Shown piece after piece: positions 11,852 to 21,474 of a stretch of DNA of 64,000 bases. The notes beneath the pieces are model-generated. The model made no database searches. It was not told the origin of the DNA and saw nothing but the letters and a program-made list of their open reading frames with translations. The DNA lies in assembly GCF_044324875.1 (NCBI RefSeq), contig NZ_CP172185.1; one strand, written 5' to 3'. The stretch comes from Escherichia coli (GTDB taxonomy: Bacteria; Pseudomonadota; Gammaproteobacteria; Enterobacterales; Enterobacteriaceae). The number at the start of each line of letters is the position of its first letter. The first letter of the stretch is position 1. A program made the position numbers and the translations under genes.

Positions 11852-13993
11852 TCAAAATTCCATTTTCACCGTGAATTGCACTTCACGCGGATCGCCAATC
11901 TGATTCCCCAGATTATTTGTGGCGATGGAAGAGGTGTAATACGTTTTATCAAACAGTTTTTTGACGTTTAATTGCAGTGTGACCGGATACTGCAATTTCA
12001 TTTTGTATGCGGCGAAGGCATCGGCAACGAAATAGCCTGGCAGATAATAGTCAGCCCCATTGGTTGCCGAACGACGGCTTACGCCATGTCCACCACCGCC
12101 AAACGTCAGTGTGTTATTGCCTGGCATGTTATGAATGTCATAGGTCAGGAATAGCGAACCGGTATGACGAGGAACATTCGGCAATGGTTTCCCTGCATAA
12201 TCAGGATCTTCCAGAACCTTAGCATCGGTATAGCCGTAGCTGGCAATGATATTAATGTTTTCAGTTAATGCTCCCGCAAGGTCGACTTCTACCCCTCTTG
12301 AACGAACGCGGCCTGCCGTTTTGGCGATGGTTTCATCACCAATACTTTCGGTATACAACACGTTACGTTTATGGATATCAAACAGCGCAATATCTGCGGT
12401 TATACCATCGAACAGCTCGAATTTTGCCCCGACTTCGTAAGCATTAGATGATTCCGGTGGAAGATCTCCGATGTAGCTGGCAATTGACGATTGCGGCATA
12501 AATGTTTGCGAATAATTAGCAAATAAGGATACCGATGGCGTCAGTTTGTAGACTAACCCCAGTTTGGGCGTCCATTGTTCATCGCGGCTGTCAGTATTGA
12601 CATTAAAAGGACGGCCTTTACCCGCATACTGCGTGTAATACTGATAGCGGATCCCGGCGACGGCAATCCAGTTATCGGTCAGATAGAGCGCGTCCTGTGC
12701 ATACGCTGAGTAGCTCTCCTGTTTGATCGTCTGATCGCTGTCCGACGCCGAGACAGTTGTGCATTTGCTGGTATTGCCGTAAACAGGGTTGTAGATATTG
12801 AAATCTTTAGCGTTTTTACAGCGAATCATATCTGTGCGCAGAAGATCATAATATTCATATGACACCCCACCCAGAATCTCATTATAGAACCCAGCAATAT
12901 CAACATTCCCTTGCAGATCCGCACGAGTAGCATGCATACGCTGGGTAGATCCCTGAGTTGCATCAACACGCCGTGTCAGCGTTCCTGTCGTTGCATCATA
13001 CGCGGTAACACGAGCCTGATTATCGCCGTATTTATCCTGGCTGTAGCTGTAATCAAAGCGCGCTGTCCACTGGCTATTGAGATGATATTCTGCGTTGAGT
13101 TGCGCCAGATCGGACTGACCATCTGTAATATTAAACGGTTCGTCAAAACGTATTTTTCGATCAACGTTTACGGGCTGTTTCGTCGTAAGGTCGAAAATCG
13201 TTCCACGATCGAACGGAGTTTTATAATCCCGATGGGAATAGAGCATGGTTACTGTTGCATTATCACCAAACCAGGTGAGTGATGGGGCAATAAATGTACT
13301 GCGCTCTTTACCAAAGTTTCGCCAGTAATCTTCATCCTGCACTTCCCCGGTAAGGCGATACGCCAGTTGAGTGCCTTCAATGGGGCCAGTGATATCAAGT
13401 TGCCCGGTGCCACCACCGAAACTGGAGGACGTGGCTGAGACAGAACCATGGAATGTTTTTTCCGGGCGTTTGGTCACGACGTTAATCAATCCACCAGGAT
13501 CGAGAATGCCATACAGCGTGGAGGCCGGGCCTTTTAGCACTTCCACACGTTCTGTGGCGGCGTTGAAACTGCGAGGAAGTACAGTTCGCAGGCCGTTGGT
13601 CATGATGGAGCCATCCCGGTTAGCACCAAACCCACGACGTACAAAGGCGTCCTGAGTTCCGCCTAATGTATTGGTCTGTACCACGTTACTGACGTTATAA
13701 AGCGCTTCATCCAGCGTCGTTGCATTCTGATTTTCCAGAACCTGATCGCTAACCGTATTGACCACCTGCGGGATATCCAGCATCGGCATATCGGTTAATG
13801 TCGCCGTGGAGGTGCTCAGAGGTTGATAACCATCGGTTGCTTCAGTTGCGGTATTTGCATCTGCTGTAACAGTGATTGTTTCGCCATCTTTGGTCGTTAC
13901 AGAGTCTGTTGCATGAATCATCGGTGCCGCAAAAAGCAGTGAAAAGAGCGCCCGACCTTTGAGTCCTGAGAATGAAGGTGTGAACATAGCCAT
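11852..13993 (-). CDS. TonB-dependent outer membrane siderophore-type receptor
   Basis: 713-aa ORF with signal peptide, TonB-box-like ETITVTA near the N-terminus, plug-domain motifs and a C-terminal aromatic residue (..TVKMEF). Resembles the fit system receptor (tentative). Confidence 0.85.
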   Translation of the reverse strand: MAMFTPSFSGLKGRALFSLLFAAPMIHATDSVTTKDGETITVTADANTATEATDGYQPLSTSTATLTDMPMLDIPQVVNTVSDQVLENQNATTLDEALYNVSNVVQTNTLGGTQDAFVRRGFGANRDGSIMTNGLRTVLPRSFNAATERVEVLKGPASTLYGILDPGGLINVVTKRPEKTFHGSVSATSSSFGGGTGQLDITGPIEGTQLAYRLTGEVQDEDYWRNFGKERSTFIAPSLTWFGDNATVTMLYSHRDYKTPFDRGTIFDLTTKQPVNVDRKIRFDEPFNITDGQSDLAQLNAEYHLNSQWTARFDYSYSQDKYGDNQARVTAYDATTGTLTRRVDATQGSTQRMHATRADLQGNVDIAGFYNEILGGVSYEYYDLLRTDMIRCKNAKDFNIYNPVYGNTSKCTTVSASDSDQTIKQESYSAYAQDALYLTDNWIAVAGIRYQYYTQYAGKGRPFNVNTDSRDEQWTPKLGLVYKLTPSVSLFANYSQTFMPQSSIASYIGDLPPESSNAYEVGAKFELFDGITADIALFDIHKRNVLYTESIGDETIAKTAGRVRSRGVEVDLAGALTENINIIASYGYTDAKVLEDPDYAGKPLPNVPRHTGSLFLTYDIHNMPGNNTLTFGGGGHGVSRRSATNGADYYLPGYFVADAFAAYKMKLQYPVTLQLNVKKLFDKTYYTSSIATNNLGNQIGDPREVQFTVKMEF

Positions 13994-14093
13994 TTAGTCT
14001 GTTATCCCAAAAACTCGCGGATTGTCGCGAGTGAAAATTGTTTCTTATTGCTCACTAAGCACTATCCGTTTGTTATTTCGCCATCGGATATGT

Positions 14094-14114
14094 AATTGAG
14101 AATCATTCAATCAT
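14094..14114. promoter_or_regulatory. Candidate Fur box in the divergent receptor/ABC promoter region
   Basis: aattgagaatcattcaatcat partially matches the Fur consensus GATAATGATAATCATTATC; lies in the AT-rich 13994-14366 intergenic region. Match judged by eye only. Confidence 0.3.
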
Positions 14115-14366
14115 GCGGTAATGTAGTAGTAAATGAGAAATAACAAAAAATTGCTACATGTGTTTTTATGAGAGGTTAATGCAATTCAATTGATGGTAAT
14201 TTATTAATATTTAATGATTTTATTTTTATCTTTAAAAAAATTTCACCTGTTATTTACCTTGTTTTTGTATGGCTTTTAACTTCTTGACTACTACATTTTG
14301 TGGCGTCAAACTCTCAAAGGAGAATGAGTTTTATTTTTGTTTGTCTTTGATTAAGTTGGCGTACAC

Positions 14367-15176
14367 GTGGCACATAACGCAAAAGGGCAGGGGCTGATCC
14401 TCGACAATGTTTCTGCCGGGTATCACAAGAAAATCATTGTTGATGGTGTTTCTTTCTCCGTTCCCACAGAAAAAATGACCGTTCTGGTTGGGGCAAACGG
14501 CTGTGGAAAGTCGACGTTGCTCAGCACCATTGCACGTATCTTGCAACCTATGGGCGGCTCGATATTGCTGGATGGTAAAGCGATTCACGAGCAACCAACG
14601 AAAGCGTTATCCCGTAGACTTGGGATCTTGCCGCAGTCGCCATTATTGCCGGAGGGCTTAACCGTTTATGAACTGGTGTCGCGTGGGCGTTTTCCCTGGC
14701 AGAATTTCATTCGTCAATGGAGCGACGCCGACGAGCAGGCGGTAGAAGAGGCCCTGAAATTAACCGGTACGCAGGAGTTTGCACATTTACCTGTTGAAAA
14801 ACTTTCTGGTGGGCAGCGCCAGCGTTGCTGGATTGCGATGGTGTTGGCGCAAAAGACGCCTTATATCCTACTGGATGAACCCACAACCTGGCTTGATTTA
14901 CGTTATCAGGTTGAAATTCTTGAGTTATTACATGATTTAACGCGTCATCACGGGCGTACAGTCGTCGTGGTGTTGCATGATCTGAATTTTGCCGTCAATT
15001 ATGGTGATACGTTGATATTTTTACGCCAGGGGAAAGTGGTGCGTGTGTTGAATGAGGGGGAGCATTGCACGCCTGAGCTGGTAAAAGCTGTCTTTGACGT
15101 TGATGTTCACGCATCAATAAATCCTCTGACGGGAAAGCCGTTCTTCATGCCGTTTCGTGGTGTAGAAAAAGTATGA
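14367..15176 (+). CDS. Iron-siderophore-type ABC transporter ATP-binding protein
   Basis: 269-aa ORF (GTG start) with Walker A GANGCGKST, signature LSGGQRQR and Walker B ILLDEPTTWLD. Confidence 0.9.
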   Translation: MAHNAKGQGLILDNVSAGYHKKIIVDGVSFSVPTEKMTVLVGANGCGKSTLLSTIARILQPMGGSILLDGKAIHEQPTKALSRRLGILPQSPLLPEGLTVYELVSRGRFPWQNFIRQWSDADEQAVEEALKLTGTQEFAHLPVEKLSGGQRQRCWIAMVLAQKTPYILLDEPTTWLDLRYQVEILELLHDLTRHHGRTVVVVLHDLNFAVNYGDTLIFLRQGKVVRVLNEGEHCTPELVKAVFDVDVHASINPLTGKPFFMPFRGVEKV

Positions 15177-16156
15177 TGCGCACAGGGCTGGTTACTGTAA
15201 TTTTCCTCGCCTTACTGCTGGTGGGATGCGTGGTATATCCAGGGATTGGTGCCCGATTTATTGCACCACAAACGGTGTTGCAGGCATTTCTTCATTTTGA
15301 TCCGCAAAACTTCGATCACAACGTAATTGTAAGACTCCGTTTGCCGCGTTTAGCGGCAGCATTGCTTACCGGTGCTTCTCTTGGAGTTGCTGGTGCTTTG
15401 TTGCAGGCTGTCATTCGTAACCCATTGGGGGAGCCACATATTTTAGGCTTAAATGCCGGAGCCGCTCTTGCTGTCGTTGCTGCCAGTGCGCTTGGGCTGG
15501 CCTTTCCGGTTGGACGCCCACTGCTGGCATCTACGGGCGGCGCGTTATTGTTCCTGTTGATATTGCTGCTTTCCTCCGCAGGGCGTTCAGGGTTAACGCC
15601 AATGAAAGTTACTTTATGCGGCGTGGCGCTATCGGCGTTCGTGTCCTCAATAACGGCTGCAATCCTGATTCTTGACGAACAAACACTGCTGGCGATGCGG
15701 ACATGGCTAGCAGGTGATTTAGCGGGGCAGGATTGGGCGACGCTGGGTACGTCCGCCTGGTTTTCTCTGGGGGGATTTGTGTTAGCCCTTTACCTTGCAC
15801 CCTCCCTTAACATGTTGGCACTGGGCGATCGCATGGCGCAGGGGCTGGGCGTCTCTGTACTCCGCACGCGAACATTCACCCTGCTTGCGATCGCGTTGCT
15901 CTGTGGCGCAGCCGTATCGATTGCTGGCCCCATTGGTTTTGTCGGCCTGCTAGTACCGCAGATTGTCCGGCGTCTGGTATCAGCGGATCTGCGCGTTCTG
16001 CTCCCTCTTTCAGCTTGTGTCGGCGCGCTTTTGTTATTACTGGCAGATATTATTGCCCGGACGCTTTTCACGCCCCATGAGTTAGCGACCGGTGTCATGA
16101 CGGCGTTAGTTGGTGCGCCTGTTTTTGTCATTATGGCGACGAGGATGTTCAAATGA
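15173..16156 (+). CDS. ABC transporter permease (FecCD family)
   Basis: 327-aa polytopic membrane ORF; start overlaps the ATPase stop by 4 nt. Confidence 0.85.
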   Translation: MMRTGLVTVIFLALLLVGCVVYPGIGARFIAPQTVLQAFLHFDPQNFDHNVIVRLRLPRLAAALLTGASLGVAGALLQAVIRNPLGEPHILGLNAGAALAVVAASALGLAFPVGRPLLASTGGALLFLLILLLSSAGRSGLTPMKVTLCGVALSAFVSSITAAILILDEQTLLAMRTWLAGDLAGQDWATLGTSAWFSLGGFVLALYLAPSLNMLALGDRMAQGLGVSVLRTRTFTLLAIALLCGAAVSIAGPIGFVGLLVPQIVRRLVSADLRVLLPLSACVGALLLLLADIIARTLFTPHELATGVMTALVGAPVFVIMATRMFK

Positions 16157-17202
16157 GTCGGATAATGAACGTCGGGCTACGCCCACTACGTGTTGGTAAG
16201 TTTTCGACACTGGTACGCCCTAAAAATCTGGTGTTGCTTGGTGGGTTGTTTCTGTTTGCGGTTGGAATACTGATATTCGGTCTGATGCAGGGTTCTTTCT
16301 CCGTCCCGGCATCGGAAGTAGGACGAGCATTGTTCTCTCCAGAAAACGTAAGCACAGACGCACGTTATATTGTGCAGGATATTCGCTTGCCGAGAGTCAT
16401 CATGGCATTGCTATGCGGGGCCATGTTAGGTATGGCGGGGGCCGCGATGCAATCCATTGCGCGTAACGGCCTTGCCGATCCTGGTTTAATCGGCGTCAAA
16501 GAAGGATGTAGCGTGGCGGTGCTGTGGCTGATTTTCCAGTTTCCAATGCTGGGAATGTTCTGGCGTCCAGTGGCTGGTCTTGCTGGTGGCTTGTTGGTGG
16601 CTTTAATCGTGATTTTTTGTGCGCGCGATATTTCCCGCCCGCGATTTGTTCTGATTGGTATTGGTGTTTCCTGGTTTTTCGCCGCCGGTATCGGTGTATT
16701 TATGACCACTGCAGATGTTCGAGATGTACAAACTGCATTGATGTGGTTATCGGGAAGCCTGCATGCAGCTAACTGGATGTTAGTCGGTATTTCAGCCTGT
16801 TGGATGTTGCCAGCCGCTCTTTTATTGCTGTTCACCGCCAGGGCGGCGGATATCGCTCTGCTTGGTCATCAGGTTGCAACCGGGTTAGGGGTGAATAGTT
16901 CTCGTCTGGCGTTGTTACGTGTCGCCGCACCCATAATCCTGACAGCCGTCTGCGTTTCGTGTGTTGGTAACATCGGTTTTGTCGGATTGATAGCACCCCA
17001 TATATCACGTTTTATTCTACGTGGCGGGCAGACGACATTACTGCTGGGGAGCGCCGTATCGGGGGCGTTGTTAGTCATCCTGGCGGATAGCATTGGTCGT
17101 TTGGCTTTTTTGCCTTTGCAACTGCCTGCCGGAATCATTATTTCATTGATTGGTGGACCATTCTTTTTGCTACTGCTCTGGCAGCGCAGGAACAGTTTTT
17201 AA
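16153..17202 (+). CDS. ABC transporter permease (FecCD family), second subunit
   Basis: 349-aa polytopic membrane ORF overlapping the previous permease stop by 4 nt; paralogous to it. Confidence 0.85.
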   Translation: MSRIMNVGLRPLRVGKFSTLVRPKNLVLLGGLFLFAVGILIFGLMQGSFSVPASEVGRALFSPENVSTDARYIVQDIRLPRVIMALLCGAMLGMAGAAMQSIARNGLADPGLIGVKEGCSVAVLWLIFQFPMLGMFWRPVAGLAGGLLVALIVIFCARDISRPRFVLIGIGVSWFFAAGIGVFMTTADVRDVQTALMWLSGSLHAANWMLVGISACWMLPAALLLLFTARAADIALLGHQVATGLGVNSSRLALLRVAAPIILTAVCVSCVGNIGFVGLIAPHISRFILRGGQTTLLLGSAVSGALLVILADSIGRLAFLPLQLPAGIIISLIGGPFFLLLLWQRRNSF

Positions 17203-17212
17203 TGGGAGTTAT

Positions 17213-18160
17213 ATGCGTTTATTTTTTTCTCTGCTGATACTGTTGTCATTCTTTGCCCGCGCGACAGAACCTGTTCAGGTCTTTACTGATGATTTAGGGC
17301 GCAAAGTCACTGTTCCTGCTCATCCAAAGAGAATTGTCTCTTTACACGATCTTGATATCACTATTCCTCTGATTGAGCTCGGTGTACCTCCTGTCGCCAG
17401 CCACGGGCGAACCCGGCCTGACGGTAGCCATTTCATTCGATCAGGCGCGTTATTGACAGGTGTCGACTTTGATAATTCATCGATCGCTTTTATTGGCACC
17501 GCTGATATTGATATTGAAGCGATTGTGGCGGCAAAACCTGACCTGATCATCACAGAACCGACCCGTAATACGCCCATTGAACAACTGGAAAAAATTGCGC
17601 CCACGGTGAGCATTGATCATCTCAAAGGAGGCGCGCCAGAAATCTACCGCAAGCTGGCAGAACTTACAGGAACGCAGTCGCAGCTGGCGATACTTGAACG
17701 CCGCTATCAGGCACAAATCAATGCGCTGAAGGCGACGCTGGACAGCCAAAAAATAACGGTATCGGTGATTCAGGCAAATCAGGGAAAAATTAATGTGATG
17801 CATAGCTATCATTCGCTGGGGCGGGTATTACGCGATGCTGGTTTTCGCTTTCCGCCGCTGATTGAGAGCATTCCTGAAGGTGGGCGAATGGATGTGAGCG
17901 CAGAGCGTTTACCTGAACTGGATGCCGATTTTGTTTTTGCAACCTGGCGCGGTGACACCGGTGGTAAACCTCAGGATGAGCTGGCAGCAATGGAAAAAGT
18001 CATGCCGGGATGGTGTCAGTTTCTGACGGCCTGTCGTTCCGGGCGCTATGTGCTGATTTCTCGTGAAGAGGCGATTTCTAACTCCTTTGCATCTCTGGGG
18101 CTGATGGCTGCGCAGATACAATCACAAATTGCGGGACGACCTCTACCGGAGGCTAAATGA
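17213..18160 (+). CDS. Periplasmic substrate-binding protein (siderophore/cobalamin-type)
   Basis: ORF 17150..18160 trimmed to MRLFFSLLILLSFFARA, which has a signal peptide and an upstream gggag RBS; class III binding-protein-like sequence. Confidence 0.8.
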   Translation: MRLFFSLLILLSFFARATEPVQVFTDDLGRKVTVPAHPKRIVSLHDLDITIPLIELGVPPVASHGRTRPDGSHFIRSGALLTGVDFDNSSIAFIGTADIDIEAIVAAKPDLIITEPTRNTPIEQLEKIAPTVSIDHLKGGAPEIYRKLAELTGTQSQLAILERRYQAQINALKATLDSQKITVSVIQANQGKINVMHSYHSLGRVLRDAGFRFPPLIESIPEGGRMDVSAERLPELDADFVFATWRGDTGGKPQDELAAMEKVMPGWCQFLTACRSGRYVLISREEAISNSFASLGLMAAQIQSQIAGRPLPEAK

Positions 18161-19044
18161 TCCAGAAAGACAAAACGCGGGTTGATATTTATGGTGAGCG
18201 TTTTCGCACTCGCGCGAGTCAGTTAACGCCTGGGTTAAGAACTGTCGCAAGCTACATTAATGAGCATCGTGAAGTGGTACTCGAGCAAACGGCGATGGAA
18301 ATTGCGGCCACGTTGAACACTTCCGATGCCACAGTTATCAGGGCTATACAGGCTCTGGGGTTTGCCGGGCTGCGTGATCTGAAACGCACTCTGGAACAGT
18401 GGCTTGGTCCAGCCCTTAGTTCCAGCGAAAAGATGTCTACGACGGTGAGTAACTTGACGAGCGATGTTAACACCGCAATCGACTTTGTTCTTGAAGGGCA
18501 TTTGTATACTTGTAATGTCCTGTCAGAGCCTGAAAACCGCCACGCGCTTGCGCAAGCTGTAGCGTTGTTGGTGCAGGCACGGCAAGTCGCTATTTTTGGC
18601 ATTGGCGCTTCGGGTATCCTGGCGGACTATACCGCACGACTATTCAACCGCATAGGTTTGCCTGCCACGGCACTAAACCGTACGGGTATTGGCCTTGCCG
18701 AGCAACTGATCGCGCTTCAACGTGGCGATGTTCTGATCATGATGGCGCAAAAATCTGCGCACCGGGAAGGGCTGACAACGCTTCGTGAGGCGAGGCGGCT
18801 GGGGATCCCTGTTATTTTGCTGACAAACGCGCTGGATTCACGTTTTAGCAAAGACGCCAGTATCGTGATTCATGTTCCGCGCGGGGATGAAAAGGGGAAA
18901 ACGCCACTACATGGTACGGTATTGTTGTGCCTGGAAATGATTGTTTGGTCGGTGGCTTCCGCGATGCCGCAGCGTGCGGTTAAAACCATTAAGCGAATTA
19001 ACGATTTCCATCGGGGTTTGAAAACGGGAAGAAAGAATGGCTAA
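18157..19044 (+). CDS. RpiR/MurR-family transcriptional regulator (HTH plus SIS domain)
   Basis: 295-aa ORF overlapping the binding-protein stop by 4 nt; N-terminal helix-turn-helix region and C-terminal SIS-like Rossmann segment (VAIFGIGASGILADY). Confidence 0.75.
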   Translation: MIQKDKTRVDIYGERFRTRASQLTPGLRTVASYINEHREVVLEQTAMEIAATLNTSDATVIRAIQALGFAGLRDLKRTLEQWLGPALSSSEKMSTTVSNLTSDVNTAIDFVLEGHLYTCNVLSEPENRHALAQAVALLVQARQVAIFGIGASGILADYTARLFNRIGLPATALNRTGIGLAEQLIALQRGDVLIMMAQKSAHREGLTTLREARRLGIPVILLTNALDSRFSKDASIVIHVPRGDEKGKTPLHGTVLLCLEMIVWSVASAMPQRAVKTIKRINDFHRGLKTGRKNG

Positions 19045-19052
19045 TCTGACCT

Positions 19053-19084
19053 GAGGCCGGTAGCAACACCGGCCTCTTTTCAGG
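19053..19084 (+). terminator. Rho-independent terminator after the ABC/regulator operon
   Basis: gaggccgg-tagcaaca-ccggcctc hairpin followed by tttt; lies between the regulator stop and the ygiN stop. Confidence 0.55.
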
Positions 19085-19088
19085 AATG

Positions 19089-19403
19089 TTAAATCCCCGG
19101 TTGCAGAATACGGATATTCATCTCCAGCACGTCGCCTTTTACGGCTTCGCTGTACGCCTTCATGTGCGGGGTTTGCAGATGCGCTTCAAGATGCGCGATG
19201 CTTTCCCACTGCTCAATCATCACGATAGAATCCGGTGCCATAGACTGGAAACTCACGCCAGCAGCGCAATCCACCATTGGCGCATAGCCGTGGCAACCTT
19301 CTTCTTTCAGTACGGTTGGAACGATTTTAGCAAACTGATCCAATACCGCCTGACGGTGATGTTGACCAGGACGAGTACGGATTTCTGCGATTACGGTAAG
19401 CAT
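19089..19403 (-). CDS. ygiN: Quinol monooxygenase YgiN
   Basis: 104-aa ORF; antibiotic-biosynthesis-monooxygenase-like sequence; conserved partner downstream of mdaB. Confidence 0.9.
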   Translation of the reverse strand: MLTVIAEIRTRPGQHHRQAVLDQFAKIVPTVLKEEGCHGYAPMVDCAAGVSFQSMAPDSIVMIEQWESIAHLEAHLQTPHMKAYSEAVKGDVLEMNIRILQPGI

Positions 19404-19433
19404 GGTTAACTCCTTCTAAAGCCTAAGCTCTAG

Positions 19434-20015
19434 TTAACCAAAAATTTCCACAAGATGCTTGCGATATTCTTCAGTATAGCGGGGAACATCAGGCATTTTT
19501 ATCACGTCATTAGCGATAAATGTCGGCAGCGGTTCCATGCCAAGGAATTGGTTTGCTTTATGGAACGGCAGATACACACCGTCAACGCCAACGCCGTGGA
19601 AGAACTGATCTTTTTCGGTGAAGGCTTCCATTGGTGCGTTCCAGGTCAGAGAAAGCATATATTTTTTGCCCTGTACCAGGCCGCCGGAACCGTATTTTTT
19701 CGACGGATCTTTGCGGGTACGACCATCGCTGGCATACAGCGTCCCGTGACCTTCGGTGAATACATCATCAATGTATTTTTTCACTGTCCACGGCGCGCCC
19801 ATCCACCAGCCTGGCATCTGCCAAATCACCACATCAGCCCAGAGAAAGTTTTGTACTTCCGCTTTGACATCGTAGTCGCTGTCGGCGCGAACGATGCGGA
19901 CATCATGCCCGAGGTCGCGCAGTGTGCCATCCGCGACTTCGGTCAGGGTGTCGTTCAGTTGACCATTGGAGTGGGCGAATTTTTTCGCGCCGTTGATAAT
20001 TAGGATGTTGCTCAT
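19434..20015 (-). CDS. mdaB: NADPH:quinone oxidoreductase MdaB
   Basis: 193-aa ORF beginning MSNILIINGAKKFAHSNGQLN; flavodoxin-like fold protein. Confidence 0.9.
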   Translation of the reverse strand: MSNILIINGAKKFAHSNGQLNDTLTEVADGTLRDLGHDVRIVRADSDYDVKAEVQNFLWADVVIWQMPGWWMGAPWTVKKYIDDVFTEGHGTLYASDGRTRKDPSKKYGSGGLVQGKKYMLSLTWNAPMEAFTEKDQFFHGVGVDGVYLPFHKANQFLGMEPLPTFIANDVIKMPDVPRYTEEYRKHLVEIFG

Positions 20016-20075
20016 TTTTTAACCTCAAGGTGAGACGTTTGTCGACTATAGTACGTCACAGAGCGGTACGGTGAA

Positions 20076-20118
20076 ATTAGCAAAATGTGCAAAGTCTTTT
20101 GCTAATTTAGCAAAAGTC
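20076..20118. promoter_or_regulatory. Inverted/direct repeat element in the mdaB upstream / qseC downstream spacer
   Basis: attagcaaaa ... ttttgctaat inverted repeat with an additional ttagcaaaagtc copy; may be an mdaB operator and/or qseC terminator. Confidence 0.3.
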
Positions 20119-20124
20119 TTACCC

Positions 20125-21474
20125 TTACCAGCTCACCTTCGCCTCAAATCCACGTTGTTCCGCATTCCCAAACTCAACATTCATGCCATGCAATTTGGCG
20201 ATTCGCTGGACAATCGATAGCCCAAGTCCACTGCCGGTAGCGGTTTGTCCGGGTGGGCGATAGAAGCGTTCGCCAATTCTCGCCAGTGCCTCTGGCGTCA
20301 CACCGGGGCCGTTATCCCTCACGATGAAACTATCGGCATTCAGCGTGACGTCCACCACGCTGCCCTGTGGACTGTAGCGCACGGCGTTATCCAGAAGGTT
20401 TCGTACCAACAAACTTAGCAACAGCGGTTGTCCGGTGCGTTTGATGCCGTGGGCATTGAGTGTCAGTCGCACGTCAATTTTCGCCTGCTGCGCCGTGTGG
20501 TAAATATCCATCACCGATGATTGCAGGAGATCTTCAAGCGGGATCTCCGCGACGTCCTGAAGGTTATCCAGTGAGTCCAGCCGCGATAGCGTGAGCAGTT
20601 GATCAACCAGACGAGTAGCACGATCGATTCCGGAATGTAATTGAAGCAGCGCTTTTTTCCGCGCCTGCGGATCATCGTCAGAGAGCTGCGCAACTTCGGT
20701 TTGCACTTTCAGCGCCGTTAACGGGCTACGAAGTTCGTGAGCTGCGTCGGAGGTAAAGCGTCGTTCTCGAACCATCATCGCATGTGTGCGGGCGAACAGT
20801 TGATTCAACGACTCAACCAGTGGACGCACTTCGCTGGGTACGCCCGTCGCGTTTAGTGGTTTTTCCGAGTCAGGGTCACGCATACGTAGTGCCAGCGCCA
20901 GTTTGTTCAGCGGCGCGAGTTCACGACCCAGTAGTACCATCATGATGATTAACATAATCGGCAGTGCGACAAGCCACGGGATCAATTGCCCTGCAACAAT
21001 CGCCAGCGCCATGTCTTCGCGGTATTCCCATTCCTGACCAACAACGATGCGATATTTGCCATCAGGTGAGGTCATCCAGACAAAACGCCAGGGATCGTCT
21101 TCACCGACCAGTTGCCCGTCAGCAAAACCTTCCCGTTGATAGCTATAGGGAATATCTTCTCCGTTATCGCCATCGTTAAGGACCATTCTGCCGTCGTGGG
21201 TAAAGATGGCAAAGGTTAGCGCATCGTCATCAACATGACCGTGTTTTAATTTATTTGGCGTCTGTGCCATGCGATCTGCCGCGTTGATTTCGTTGAGATC
21301 GAGCGTACTTAACCGCTTGGCAAACAGCATCAGTTGGGTGTCGAACAACTCATCGACGTTATCCGTTGTTTGTTTCCAGGCGACAAAGCTGGAAAGCAGC
21401 CAGGTCACTGAGGCCAGAATTAAAAAGATTAGCGTCAGCCTGACTCGCAGACTAAGACGTTGGGTAAATTTCAT
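20125..21474 (-). CDS. qseC: Sensor histidine kinase QseC
   Basis: 449-aa ORF with two transmembrane segments, H-box ([12 protein letters not shown]) and ATPase motifs; overlaps the qseB stop. Confidence 0.95.
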   Translation of the reverse strand: MKFTQRLSLRVRLTLIFLILASVTWLLSSFVAWKQTTDNVDELFDTQLMLFAKRLSTLDLNEINAADRMAQTPNKLKHGHVDDDALTFAIFTHDGRMVLNDGDNGEDIPYSYQREGFADGQLVGEDDPWRFVWMTSPDGKYRIVVGQEWEYREDMALAIVAGQLIPWLVALPIMLIIMMVLLGRELAPLNKLALALRMRDPDSEKPLNATGVPSEVRPLVESLNQLFARTHAMMVRERRFTSDAAHELRSPLTALKVQTEVAQLSDDDPQARKKALLQLHSGIDRATRLVDQLLTLSRLDSLDNLQDVAEIPLEDLLQSSVMDIYHTAQQAKIDVRLTLNAHGIKRTGQPLLLSLLVRNLLDNAVRYSPQGSVVDVTLNADSFIVRDNGPGVTPEALARIGERFYRPPGQTATGSGLGLSIVQRIAKLHGMNVEFGNAEQRGFEAKVSW

